From Eledone cirrhosa (Eukaryota), in assembly GCA_964016885.1 (NCBI GenBank), contig OZ024741.1, positions 163,060,001 to 163,124,000 of the forward strand: a stretch of 64,000 nt of DNA, written 5' to 3'. The notes under the pieces were generated by a model, which was not told the origin of the DNA, did no database searches, and saw only the letters and a program-made list of their open reading frames with translations. Positions 24,718 through 37,363 of this stretch are shown piece by piece (position 1 is the first letter of the stretch; each line of letters opens with the position of its first letter). The position numbers and the translations under genes are program-made.

Positions 24718-27700
24718 GCCTCTGGGATGGACACATGTGTTAAACTTTCTCGGTAAGTTTTGTTTAAATTTCTTTAGAAATTCGTCATTGTGAACTTTTA
24801 TTTTTATACCAATTTGTAGAGGGACTGACAGGTCAAATTCTGATCTGGTTATTCTCCCAAAATATCGTGCCCCCCCCCTTTCCCAGGGCAAAAACATCCA
24901 AAATATTTTCGAAAAAAGCTTTTTGGCAAAACACTTCACATTTTAAAAAATGGCTGAAGCAAAGGCATCTACTATTTTTTTTCAAAACAAGAAGATGGGA
25001 AGGGAAAGCTATTCCTACTTGACCAGCAGATAGTAGCAGACATGGACAAAGCAATGCCAACATTATCGCCTCAACATTTAGAAGAGGAACAAGCTTCAGC
25101 TGCTTGTAAGCAACTGAACAAGCCTGACGTCACAAACGTCACATGTATCCACACACAGAAGGAAGTATGTGTATCAAACACTAACACCACCACAACCAAC
25201 AACAACAACACAATAAATGAGAACAACAACACAACAAAAGGAATCAGTGGCAACACAACGAATGAAACCATCATCACCACCAACAACAACAATAACAAAA
25301 TTTCATTTGCAGCAACAGTTGCTAAGTAACAGGATTTTAAATACTACTCCATGGACATTTCCCAAAAGTCCCAATATTTGGAAGAAGCTTCCAACTATAT
25401 GACGTTTGAAGGACACCCCAAACATACACATACCCCCACAAGTAAGAGAAATGACACAGAAAAAGAAGCTATTTTATAGAACAGTTGACATCACTACCAA
25501 AAAACCCATAACGCTCCCAACAAGCACTATCCAAGCTGCACTAAAAGACATCAAGCCAGACGTGGCATACCTCCAAAGAGGTAAACAGTATGGAAGTGTG
25601 TCAGTGCTCTTTAAGAGCGAAACTCTGGCACAAAAACACTCGGCTCACCCAATAAAAACGGATCAACACACCTTCTTCCCCACATACATGGGAAGAAGAT
25701 CCTACAAAATAAAAATAACCAGGATCCCAGCAGAGGTCAACATATGATGGATCCTACGCTGTATCCTGAAGAAGGATGAGGACACCCTCTTATATGTAGA
25801 CAGGACAGACCGGCACAACTGGTTTGGAACCTGCATCGAGGTTCTGGTACAAATTAGGCCAGAGAGAGTTGAAAAAATACCGGACAGGATCGTCCTTGAG
25901 GAAGATGGCATCTCCATTTTAGTGGAGGGGAAAAGACTTCAGTGCCATAAGTGTGGGAAAACCACGCACTTAAAGGCCTTTTGCCATCTCTTAAACAAAC
26001 AGAGGACAAACAAGGTGTTATTACCAACACCAAAATCCCAACATCAACACTCCAAACCAAACACAACAGAAACACTTGCAACATCCACTCCCACACCACC
26101 ACAGACCAGAGACAACCACACAAAATCCCACTGAAAAACCCGACATTGCCTCTTCCCCCCTGTCAAATACTTCCACAAACACCTGCACAGACACTCCACC
26201 ACACAACATACCCTCCCATCTACCCCTGATTCAGAAGTCTCAGATACGGGAACCTCTACATCTCCAAGTGAGAATGAAGAGGAACCCCCAAAATCCCAAA
26301 AAACAAAAAAGACACAAAAAAGACACAAAAAAGACATAAAAACATCTAGAGAAAACACGCACACACCCAACCCCACCATAAACACACCGCCACAAACGAC
26401 AAACACACCAACAACACAATCACCACCAACACAACCAAACACTTCACCAACAAAACAAACACCCACACCATCACAATTACAAACCCCAACCACAAAAAGA
26501 AAACTACAAACAGAAACAGTAGACATATAAAAAAAACACACTACACATACATAAAAACAAGAAACAAAGAACTGGTGGAAACTGTCAAAAAGGACCCCAC
26601 AATACAAACGGAAGGGAAAACTTTACCCACCATTGACCCACCCCCAAACCTCAAACTTATCAGGGTAACAACCCTACAGTATGAAACTTTAAAATAGAAC
26701 TTCCCACATGATGTGGGTCCCCTTGCCAAAAGCCCCTTAACCGTGTCCTGCTAAAAGGATTCCTTCCCTCCCCAAACACCACCAATCTGGACATGGAGAT
26801 CGAACAACCCGACCTCCAGGAAACGAAAAGGTAAGTGTTCCTGCCTTTTCTCTCCTTAATTCTTCTTCACCAACATGGCGACTATACAAGCTGGATGTTT
26901 GAATGTACGTGGCCTGGGCAGTCCTGGAAATAGGGCCAGCATTTAAATGATCTCAAGTCACATTGTATAGATGTGATAGCCATCACCGAGTCCAGAATTC
27001 CCGACAAGCAGCAGCTAACCCCCATGTTCGATGATTTTGAGATCTACGCATCTCTCGGTCAGTCAGGAGGTGGAGAGGGAGTTGATGTTCTGTTTCGAAA
27101 AAACTTGGATCTCAAAATACAGACGATTCACTTGGACCCGGAAGGAAGCCTGGTGGTCCTGGATGTAAATGGTTGTGAAGGTGGAGCTTTCAGACTGGTG
27201 GCCGTATATGCCCCGACTGGGACATCGCGAACATAGTTCTTCAAGCGTCTGGAGCCATTCCTGGAAACGTCTCGCTCCTTAGTGTTAGTGGGGTACTGGA
27301 ATGGCATCTTAGACGCACGTTAGGACTATGTAGGAGCTTGTGATAATAGAGGGGGGGGGGGGGGTAATAACCTCAAAAATCTCGTCAGCCAATTCCAACT
27401 GGCTGATAGATATCGACTAGACTTCCCAAGTGCACCACTGTGGACGTGGAGCAACCGCACTGGGTCTTCTAGATCGTACTTAGATAGATTTTTAATTAGA
27501 CAGAATGATAAGGAAACATTAAGCTGTCCACAAATGCACATCGTTGCCTATTCAGACCACAAATTAGTCACCTGCGTAGTCAACCTTGATAGAACACATA
27601 GAGAGGGACCCGGATACTGGAAGCTAAACATGTCGCTCCCGGCGCGTAAGGCCTACAGTAAACGGATTAGCACCTTAGTTAAGTGCCAGTTGACGGGGGC

Positions 27701-30536
27701 GATCGTCAACAATAGGTCGTGGAGCTCTCTCAAGAGAGCAATTAGAATAGAATCAATAGCATTTAGCAAGGAAGTAGCTTTAGAAAAAGACAAAACTGAA
27801 AAAGAACTGGTAGCTAAAATAGAAGAGGCACTTAGGAATGGCAGTACAGCTGACTGTCTAGCGGCGAGAACGGCACTAGACCAGTTCTTCAACGTGAAAC
27901 AGGAAGGTTGTATTGTCAGAAGTAGAACACGTGCTCTAAGAAACGAGGGAGCCAAAGCTGTTAGCTGAGCCCGAGTGGCAGAGGCGAAAAGTGGCAACAA
28001 ATCCACAATTCGGTCTTTGCAAGACAAAGATGGACGCATTATACTTGAATCCAAGCACATGTGCGCGGCCTTCCAGCGGCATTTTGCACAACTGTTCGGG
28101 CAAAGCGGTACATCGAGCGAGGTGATGGACTTCAGCTCCTACCCCGACGGCGTACCGCGACTCTCGAGCACGGATGCGGAGAGCTGCGAAAGGCCAATCA
28201 CAGCGGGAGAAATAGAAGATGTCCTAGGCCGCTGCGGGAAACGCAAATCACCCGGTTTAGATGGTCTACCCTATGAGTTTTATATAGGCATGCCAGACTT
28301 GTTCTCTGGCGTCCTCGAAGCGGTCTACTGCAACTGGCAGCAGAACGGGAGGATTCCCAGTTCTGTAGGCAGAGGCGTAGTAATGCTGATCAGGAAAGAT
28401 GAGAACAAGGAGGATGAGATAAGCAATTTCAGGCCCATGACTCTACTCAACACGGTTAAAGATTTTGGCCAAGGTGTTACCAGTAAGGCTGGCGCTTATC
28501 GTCGAGAACCTGGTAGGGGAAGCCCAAACGTGTGTAATCCCGACAAGGTCCATACACGACAACCTCCACCTCATGCGATACATCATAGAGAGAATAGGGT
28601 GTAAACCTGGCTTTGGTGGGGCTCTGATCAATTTAGATCAGTCTAAGGCATTTGATAGGGTCGACCATCAATACTTGGAAGCAGTTCTCAAGGCGGCCGG
28701 CTTCGGTCCCGTCTTCAGAGGCTGGATCGCTGCCATTCACACCAGCATCTGCTCGGCAGTCAAGGTGAATGGCTACGTATCAGAGCCATTCCAAATCATG
28801 CTTTCCATCCGTCAGGGATGCCTTCTCTCCTCCATTCTGTATGTACTGGCTCTCGAGCCGTTACTGCGGAAATTGGAGCTGTTGCAGGGCATCCCGATCG
28901 AACCAGGACTGCGGAAAGCATCGCCAGCCTATGCCGACGACATAACCGTAATGGTGTCGAAAACCGCGGAAATCAGGGTAATCGGCAACCTATTACAGGA
29001 ATACGAAACGTTGACAGGAGCAAGACTAAACCCAAACAAGTCTGTCGGTTTGCAACTCGGCACATGGAGAGGCAAACCCATGCCTTCCGACAGAGTCGTT
29101 GGACGCTGGACGGAAGGACCGGTAAAATTGCTCGGGGTCTGGTTCAGTCCAGACCTCCAGGTGGACAAAAACTGGAACGAGGTCAGAAGTGGGCTGAGTG
29201 CAAACCCTCCTTGAAAGGTCGAGCGGATGTGGAGAACACTTACATAGCGTCCGTCATCTACTACCGCTTGACAGTCGTGCCTTGCCCCCGCGAATACCTT
29301 ACCAAAATGGAACGCCTACTCTTCAAGTTCCTCTGGAAGAAACAGGCTCCATTGGTGAGGAGATCCATCTGCTGTCAACACCCATCTAACGGAGGGCTTG
29401 GCATGCCGTGGCTGATGATGCGCAAACATGCGCTGAGGCTACGCCATCTCCAGGTATTCCTGACCGGTGAACCGGTGTGGCTGTCGTTTGTGAGACAAGC
29501 TCTTCCACAACTCGTTTCACTAACAGAGTTGCAGTCCTGGGTCAAGCGAAGATCGAAAATGGGTGCCTGGCACCTCGAGTGCCTACAGGCGCTCACAGCC
29601 CTCTGCCAAGCGGAAACGGCAATCAGCGGAGACTCCACTTCGACATTCTATAGGGGATTAGTGGAGGATAAGTGCGACGTCGTTGTCGGGGAAACTCTAG
29701 GCACTGAGGAGGACGAACTCACCAGTCTGTTCGGGGGCACTTTCCGTCCAGGGCCTATGGATAACTTCGAGAGCTCTCTGGCCTGGTAATGCTACCGAGG
29801 AGCTCTACCAGTTCGAGACAAAATCTACAGACACGGACGCCCTGGCAAAGATCCTGCCAAAAGGACCTGTCCAAGATGCGAGCAGGACATCGAAACCGTT
29901 CTACACGCAATTGTTCAGTGCCCAGGGGTGACCGACCTGTGGAATTATGTCGAACAGCTGCTGTCACGTGTGGGACGCATCCAGTTGTCAGCCGAGTCCA
30001 TCGTGAGGATCACCCCGCCGCCTTCATTTAAGAACGAAGGAGAGGCGGTTTTCCTCTGTCTGGTGGCTATGGCGAAAGAGGTAATATTGGTGGACGAGGT
30101 TAAAAGGACTGAGGGCAAACACCTTTCTCTCCGTACAACAACTTATCCCCTTCTTTAAGTACCACTTCAGAAGGAAGGTGAGAGTGGAGAGAGAGGTGCT
30201 ACACCCCAGTAAATTCGCTGAAAGGTGGGTGAATGTGGCAAAAATGGCCTGAGTGAATGGGCCTTCTCTGTATATAAACCTGTTGGTTGAGGAAGATAAA
30301 CAGAGGGAAGACAGGAACACCTACAAAACGTGTTCCTGGTGTTGAGGGCTGTTCTATCCACGGGGTGTAAAACAACCCTGCAGTAACGTTCCCCCTTACT
30401 GGGGATTTCAATTGTTATTTTATTATATATAGTTTATTATTATTTATTAATGTTAAAGTTATTTTTATGTAAAACCCCCGCCGTCATGTCTTGTAATGTC
30501 CCATTTTTGTACGCCCCTGTGGCAAATAACGAAAGA
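24718..30536 (+). mobile_element. Tx1/L1-clade LINE copy A3, full-length, decayed, distinct subfamily
   Basis: Disrupted ORF1 (~24950-26834, CHKCGKTTHLKAFC) and ORF2 from ATG 26875 (SDH, RQGCLLS, YADD) to ~30285; 3' motif CCCCTGTGGCAAATAACGAAA. Confidence 0.93.
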
Positions 30537-30601
<65 letters not shown>

Positions 30602-30640
30602 GTCTTTCTGTCTGTCTATCATCTATCTATTTATCTATCT
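30537..30640 (+). repeat. (TCTA)n, degenerating distally
   Basis: Direct reading. Confidence 0.95.
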
Positions 30641-30828
30641 ATATATGTATTCAGAGACATCTGTTCAGTCTGCTTTGTTTGAAATTTTTTTATAAGTTGT
30701 TGCCTCGTTTTGGAGGACTGGGCTCTGGGAGGAGGAAGGGGAATAGCGGGGGTAGGGTTTAACATAGAGTAGTAGTATCTTCTCTTCCCCCCTCTCTCAC
30801 TGAAACGTCTCTTTCCTCCTCCATTGTA

Positions 30829-31050
30829 AAGATGTCCCAAGGGGTTCCATTATTGGAACCCCTTGGGACATCTTGGGACATATTTTTTATTGAAATCCAA
30901 TTAGCCAGTCAGGTTTCTGAATATTAGCTTAACACGTGTGTAAAGTTTCATCAGGATTGGATCACAGGTGTAGACGTCAACTGGTTATACACAGATACAC
31001 AGATACACAGATAAACAGATAGACAGAAATTGCCATTTATATATATATAT
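30829..31050 (-). mobile_element. Partial non-autonomous Helitron-like element with a perfect 21-bp hairpin
   Basis: Hairpin AAGATGTCCCAAGGGGTTCCA-TTAT-TGGAACCCCTTGGGACATCTT (30829-30874); GTGTAAAGTTT..(ACAGAT)n segment resembles the Helitron ends at 34770-34860. Confidence 0.45.
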
Positions 31051-32377
31051 ATATATGTATGTATATATATATATATATATATATGCACGTGTTTGTGTGT
31101 GTGTGTGGGGGGGGTAGTGTGTGTGTGCATGTGTATGTTTGCATTATATGCTTAGTTTGTTAAATGTATGCTCGTGTGAATATGAAATACATTAAGCGTG
31201 TTGGTGATTTATACTATAATCCTATTCAAAGAATAAATTTCTTCTACAGCATGATTGAACTCTACGACTACAGTTTGACAAAATAGGTGCCAATTATAAT
31301 TCTGCTAATGTTGTATACTCTGCTGAGTTCTACCCCCACATTAGCATCTATAGGGAGTTTTAGGGAAAGGACTATTCAAACTTTGTTCACATGGAACTTT
31401 CCACAATCATATGCTTTTCAAAATAAGCAAGGAAATGATTACGATTCTCTGATCTGCTAATAGTTTACAGTATAGATCATATATCATTATCTCCCACCAC
31501 ATTTAAAATTATGATTAAATCAATGTCTATAAACTTTTTGTTAGCGCCAGTATAACATGCGGAATCTATCGCAATTGGTTCTGTTTCGTTCGCTATATCT
31601 TTAGTTTACGTTCTGCTCTGTTGGTTGTTTTCAGTATAAGAGATGATGTGTTATATATAATGTATTAAACGATTTAATGTATCTACTCGTTTCATACTTA
31701 ATAGGTTAGCTTAATCTCTTCAATTCCCAGCTTGCTACCTGACTTTTCAGTCTCTTTCTTTCTCCCTTTCATTATCCCTGTCCCTCTCTTCAATAATTAC
31801 CTTTCTGTATAGGAAGTAAACATCAAATCTACGTACTATAAAATGCAAAACACATTAAGATGATTCTTCTTAGAATGTATCTCAATTGTGAAGTTTCTTT
31901 TGACATCTAAATAACTTGGGTTTTGTATCTTCTGAATGATTGGTGGAATGTTTTCCTTTCTTAATAATATCATTATTGATTTACAGAAAAAGGAATCTGT
32001 ATCGATCATTTGTCTCGTTTTCAATTGAATATTTGCAGTTATTTACTCTTATTTTCCTTTATTTGTTCCTTCAGATCATTTATCAATCATTGTGTTTAAA
32101 ATGTATATATATTTCATACAGATTGAAAAGTTCTTTAGTTCTTTCAAGTTTTTCTTTGAAGGTTTTGTTGAATTTATGGTTTGTTGCCTCTTTACTCAAT
32201 GAATCTCTTTATGATGTCAGTATTTTAAAATAGTAACAATTGTTTTTTTTTCTGGATATAACATTCTGGTATTTATGAAGTATCTTGAAAAAATATATAT
32301 TCTTTAATGTTCACATAAAAATGATAAACAAATTATCCAGATAGACCTAATATATCAAACGATCGTTATAAATACAA

Positions 32378-32505
32378 TAATTGTTTCTACTTTTGGTACA
32401 AGGCCAGCAATTACCGGGATTTGAACTCAGAATGGAAAGGGTCGTAACTCTATGCGTCAAAGCATGACGTCCGACCCTCTACTCATACTGCCAAACCACC
32501 GCTGG
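32378..32505 (-). mobile_element. tRNA-derived SINE lacking the central domain
   Basis: Reverse complement of the SINE head (GAGTTCAAATCCC) joined directly to the tail (GCTGGCCTTGT..GTAGAAACAATTATT). Confidence 0.8.
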
Positions 32506-33397
32506 CTTACATATGTAATACAGTGCTTTCAGAAATTGTAAATGTCATTCAATCCCCATGCAATTAATCTACAAGGCTCCCTATAGGGTTTCTAACAATC
32601 TAACAGCTACGTGTCCGTTACTTTTAACAGCTAGTTTTAAAATTGGATATAGACTCATACCATATTTTCTGTTTTACAAAATTTCAAATAATTGATATTA
32701 TTGGAAGTGTCTCACTCGCGTCTTTGTATGTTTAAACAACCCTAGGCAATAGTGTTTGCTTCGTAATTGAATGGTTACTTTCAGATAGTCGAAGATTTTT
32801 TCAATTATGTAAAATCTGTCTTATATTTAGTATAGTGAACGCTCCTTTGATATATTTCCTTTGCCTGTTTGTTGAAACCATCATTACATCACGATGAACA
32901 TAATTTATAGCTTCCACGAACACAAATGGATACATATGATATACTAGAAAACAGTGGACGGCATTTTGAACACTGGTTTTGCCTTTTTCATGTAAACTGG
33001 CTATCATATTTGATGTTTGGGTTCGGATTTCAAAACTACTTCTAGAATTTGCGTACCACAACAAGATTTTCCAGAAAAAAAATCATAAAATGTTTGTAAT
33101 ATATTGCATATGAAGGGTTGTTGAAATTAAATGGTAAATGGTATCGAAATTTTAACTGTTCTATTACGACGTCGAGTGTTTTCTAGGTATATTTAGGTAC
33201 TGCATTAAGTATGTATCTATGGTCCTATAACTCCTGTGGGAGACATAGGGGACCTTATTGACATACAGCATTTCTTGGGCATTTTAAGTCTGGCGGAGTC
33301 CATTCCTCTCCAGGCCTGAATGCAGCAGATTTTTTCCAGAGAAAGATAGAAAGAGAGAGAGAGAGCGAGAGAGGGGGGCGGTAAGAGATATAGAGGA

Positions 33398-33497
33398 AGA
33401 TCGACCCAGTACTAGGCTGGTACTTTATCCACCTCGAAAGGATAAAAGGCAAAGCATTCTGTCCGACGTTCTAACGACTCTGCCAATTCGTCGCCGG
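33398..33497 (-). mobile_element. Degenerate SINE of a related family
   Basis: CTGGTACTTTATCCACCTCGAAAGGATAAAAGGCAAAG is the reverse complement of the SINE core. Confidence 0.6.
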
Positions 33498-33993
33498 CAT
33501 TAAGTATACTATCAGGTAGTTTTCTGCTAGCATGTGTAGTGTGTATATTGATATTATACGCAAGTAGATATGATACATCAAATGTAGATATGATACATCA
33601 AATAAAATCGTAATTGACAATATACACAGAAATTGAACGAAGACTGTGTTACACTCTCTTGTGTAATCAGTAACGTAATCCATGATACATTAAAAAAAGA
33701 CTATATTATATATAAAATGCATTAGGAGAAAATTAGTGACGGAAATATATAAATGTTTATTTAAGCAATCGCTAACAGGAAGTGTTGACATTTAAAATTT
33801 TAAAGAAGTGAATCTTAAAATAAGCAACAATATTATTTATACTTAATCAAGAATAACGAAATTTAGTAGATAAATTATGTAATATTCATTCATTATTTAT
33901 GCAAAGTAATCCAACTCATTTTATAAACGGGAAAAAAAAACATATTCTGGACGCAGTCCCGCAGTCCTTGCTTTATTATAGTTTAGATATTTA

Positions 33994-34862
33994 CTAGCAG
34001 AATGGCCCGGCATTGCTCGGGATTCTAAACATAGATTGGCATGTTTATCTCTCCTTTCTGAAACAGTACAAAGAAGTACGGAATACCTCGGCCTGGGGAT
34101 GGTGTCTGCATTTTGTGCTTATAAAAAGAATTCGTCGTAGATTATCAGAGGTTTAACTTAAGAGGTTTAACTGAGAGTAAAATGTTCAACCGACGAAAGC
34201 TAAGGCAATAGGGTTAAGTATTAAAGGCATTCGACAAACCGAACATGTATTTGTTGTGCTATGGTACAATGAAAGCAATAGTTACAGAGCAGTAATCATG
34301 TGGGACTGCAGTGGTGGAGAGCATGAAGGAATTTAGTTGTATACTTTTAAGGTTAGAGGCCCTAACGCAACCCAAATGCTAAACAATGCGGTCCCCGGGC
34401 AAACATTTGAAATCTTTTTCAGTCAAGAACATTTTTGAAACATAAGTAATGCATATGCAAAGTTTAAAAAGAATCGGTTGGGTACTTCTCGAGTTTGAGT
34501 CCCTACCGCAACCAAAATGCTTTTAAAAATCGTTTTTTCGCCTAATGCGGTCCCTGGGGCAAAAAATAAGAAAATCTTTTTTGCTCAAAACACTTTAAAC
34601 GACATAAGTAATGCAAATTTTGAAGAAATCGCCTGGCTTATTGTTCCGTTATGTCTAAAAAAGCCTTTAAAGTCTAAGATATGCTGTTTTTCGCCTAATG
34701 CGGTCCCTAGGGCATTGAAAATTTGAAATATTTTTAGCTCAAAACACTCACACGACCATAAGAATTACATGTGTAAAGTTTGAAAAAATCGGTTGGGTGG
34801 TTCTCGAGTTTTAGGGGACAGACAGACAGACAGACAGACATTCTATGTTTTAGATATATAGA
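33994..34862 (-). mobile_element. Non-autonomous Helitron unit 1
   Basis: Minus strand 5'-TC, subterminal hairpin CCCGAGCAATGCCGGG, CTAG-3'; internal ~150-190-bp direct repeats (AATGCGGTCCC units); (GACA)n. Confidence 0.8.
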
Positions 34863-35725
<863 letters not shown>

Positions 35726-35802
35726 TTAAAAATGTCAAAAAGTGTTATATTTTATTACGCATATGTAGTTGTTCTTGCATTACCCAAACACAATTAATCC
35801 AA

Positions 35803-35808
35803 TTTCTT

Positions 35809-35887
<79 letters not shown>
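35803..35887. repeat. (TTC)n-(TTA)n microsatellite; 3' flank of the Dong cluster
   Basis: Direct reading. Confidence 0.97.
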
Positions 35888-35888
<1 letters not shown>

Positions 35889-37101
35889 AGTTGCATTTAT
35901 CTTGCTTTATGTTCATACGAGTTATCACCAAGTCACAACCAGTGACCTCAAGAGACAACAAGGTCCGCCATGTTCAAGAAAGAACATACATATTCACACA
36001 TGCATCTTTAGTGTTTAGACTTGTGATGTACTTATATTGACAGAATCTTCCTTAGTATATGGGCAGTTCCCATTAGTACTATCTTTTGTATTTCTCCTAT
36101 ACGCGGGTTTCCTGGGATTTGCGATATGTAATCATTAGACCCCTTAGGTATCATTCCCAGAGCGCCTACAACCACTGGTATTGTTTTAGTTCTCAATTTC
36201 CACATTTTTCCAATTTCTATCTCCAGGTCCTTATACTTGCTCAATTTTTCAAATGTTTTTATAGATACATTCTTGTCTATTGGAACAGACATATCAATTA
36301 GCAGGCATACCCTCTTTTGAAAGTCTTTCAATATTATATCAGGTCTGTTTGCATCTATTTTTCGGTCTGTTTGGATGCTAAAGTTCCACAAGATTGAGCT
36401 GTGATCTTTTTCAAGTATGGGAGGTGGTTGATGCTCCCACCAATTCTTTTGATGGGGCAGGTCAAAATGCTTACACATTATCCAATGTATGTATTGTGCA
36501 GCTCTGTCATGCCTGTTTAGGTATTCGGTTGGAGCTATAGGATTGCACATTGAAATTATATGGTCAATGGTCTCTGGTTGTTTTTTGCATCCACGGCATA
36601 ATGGGCTGCACCCATTTTTTATTATGTTGGCTTGGTAATTTTTTGTTGGCAGACACTGATCTTGTGCCGATATAATCAGTCCTTCAGTCTCCGATTTCAG
36701 TCCAGAGGATGCCAACCACTGATGGGTTAAAGTTTTGTCAACATCAGGATTGTTAGCTCGCTCTGGGTATTTTCCATACAGAGGCTTTTCTTGCCATTTC
36801 TTAGCCAGTTTCTGTAGCAGTTCTTTCTTTGCAGTTACTTTTACCTGCTTTGCTTTTTCTGTGTTTTCCATTTCAGCAGTAAATGGGACTTCTGAAATTT
36901 GTAGTCCATTACTGTATCTTTGTGCATCTTTTGTAATGGAATATGATCTTTTGATGCTTTCGTGTTTCAAAACGAGTTTGATCATCCAATCATGTGATTC
37001 CCTTAGATATGTAGATAATCCAATTGTTGCAGTTTTCAACGCAATGTCTAACTGGATTAACCCACGTCCTCCTTCTTTCCTAGGGAGATATATTCTATCT
37101 A
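35888..37101 (-). mobile_element. Dong/R4-type RLE retrotransposon D1, 5'-truncated (family distinct from D2-D4)
   Basis: Open frame 36032-37039 with CRGCKKQPETIDHIISMC..RHD and NRPDII..LIDMSVP..KLSKY (PD-D/ExK RLE); (TAA)n on both sides. Confidence 0.92.
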
Positions 37102-37103
37102 TA

Positions 37104-37138
<35 letters not shown>

Positions 37139-37152
37139 TTATTATCGCTATT

Positions 37153-37344
37153 ACTCCTTGAGTCTCAGTCATTGATGTTAGTTAACTGGAAAGTCCGTTG
37201 GAATGAATATCAGGCCACTACCTGCAGCCTCAGATATTCAGGACGTATCGGAGGGTTCTTGCTGTTCCCAGCAAGCATGTCTTTTGAAGCGTTCCAAAAA
37301 GCGTGAAGGGGCCGATTTTCTTTAACCATCCCTGGAAACTTTTT
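37153..37344 (-). mobile_element. Dong/R4 copy D2, ~190-bp 3' fragment
   Basis: Near-identical to the 3' ends of D3 and D4; bounded by (TAA)n. Confidence 0.9.
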
Positions 37345-37363
37345 ATTATTATTATTATTATTA

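Noticed and set aside
34355-34760. Regularly recurring AATGCGGTCCC units resembling a repeat-spacer array
   Set aside because: The whole ~150-190-bp units are homologous internal repeats of a Helitron; eukaryotic context and no cas genes, so not CRISPR.
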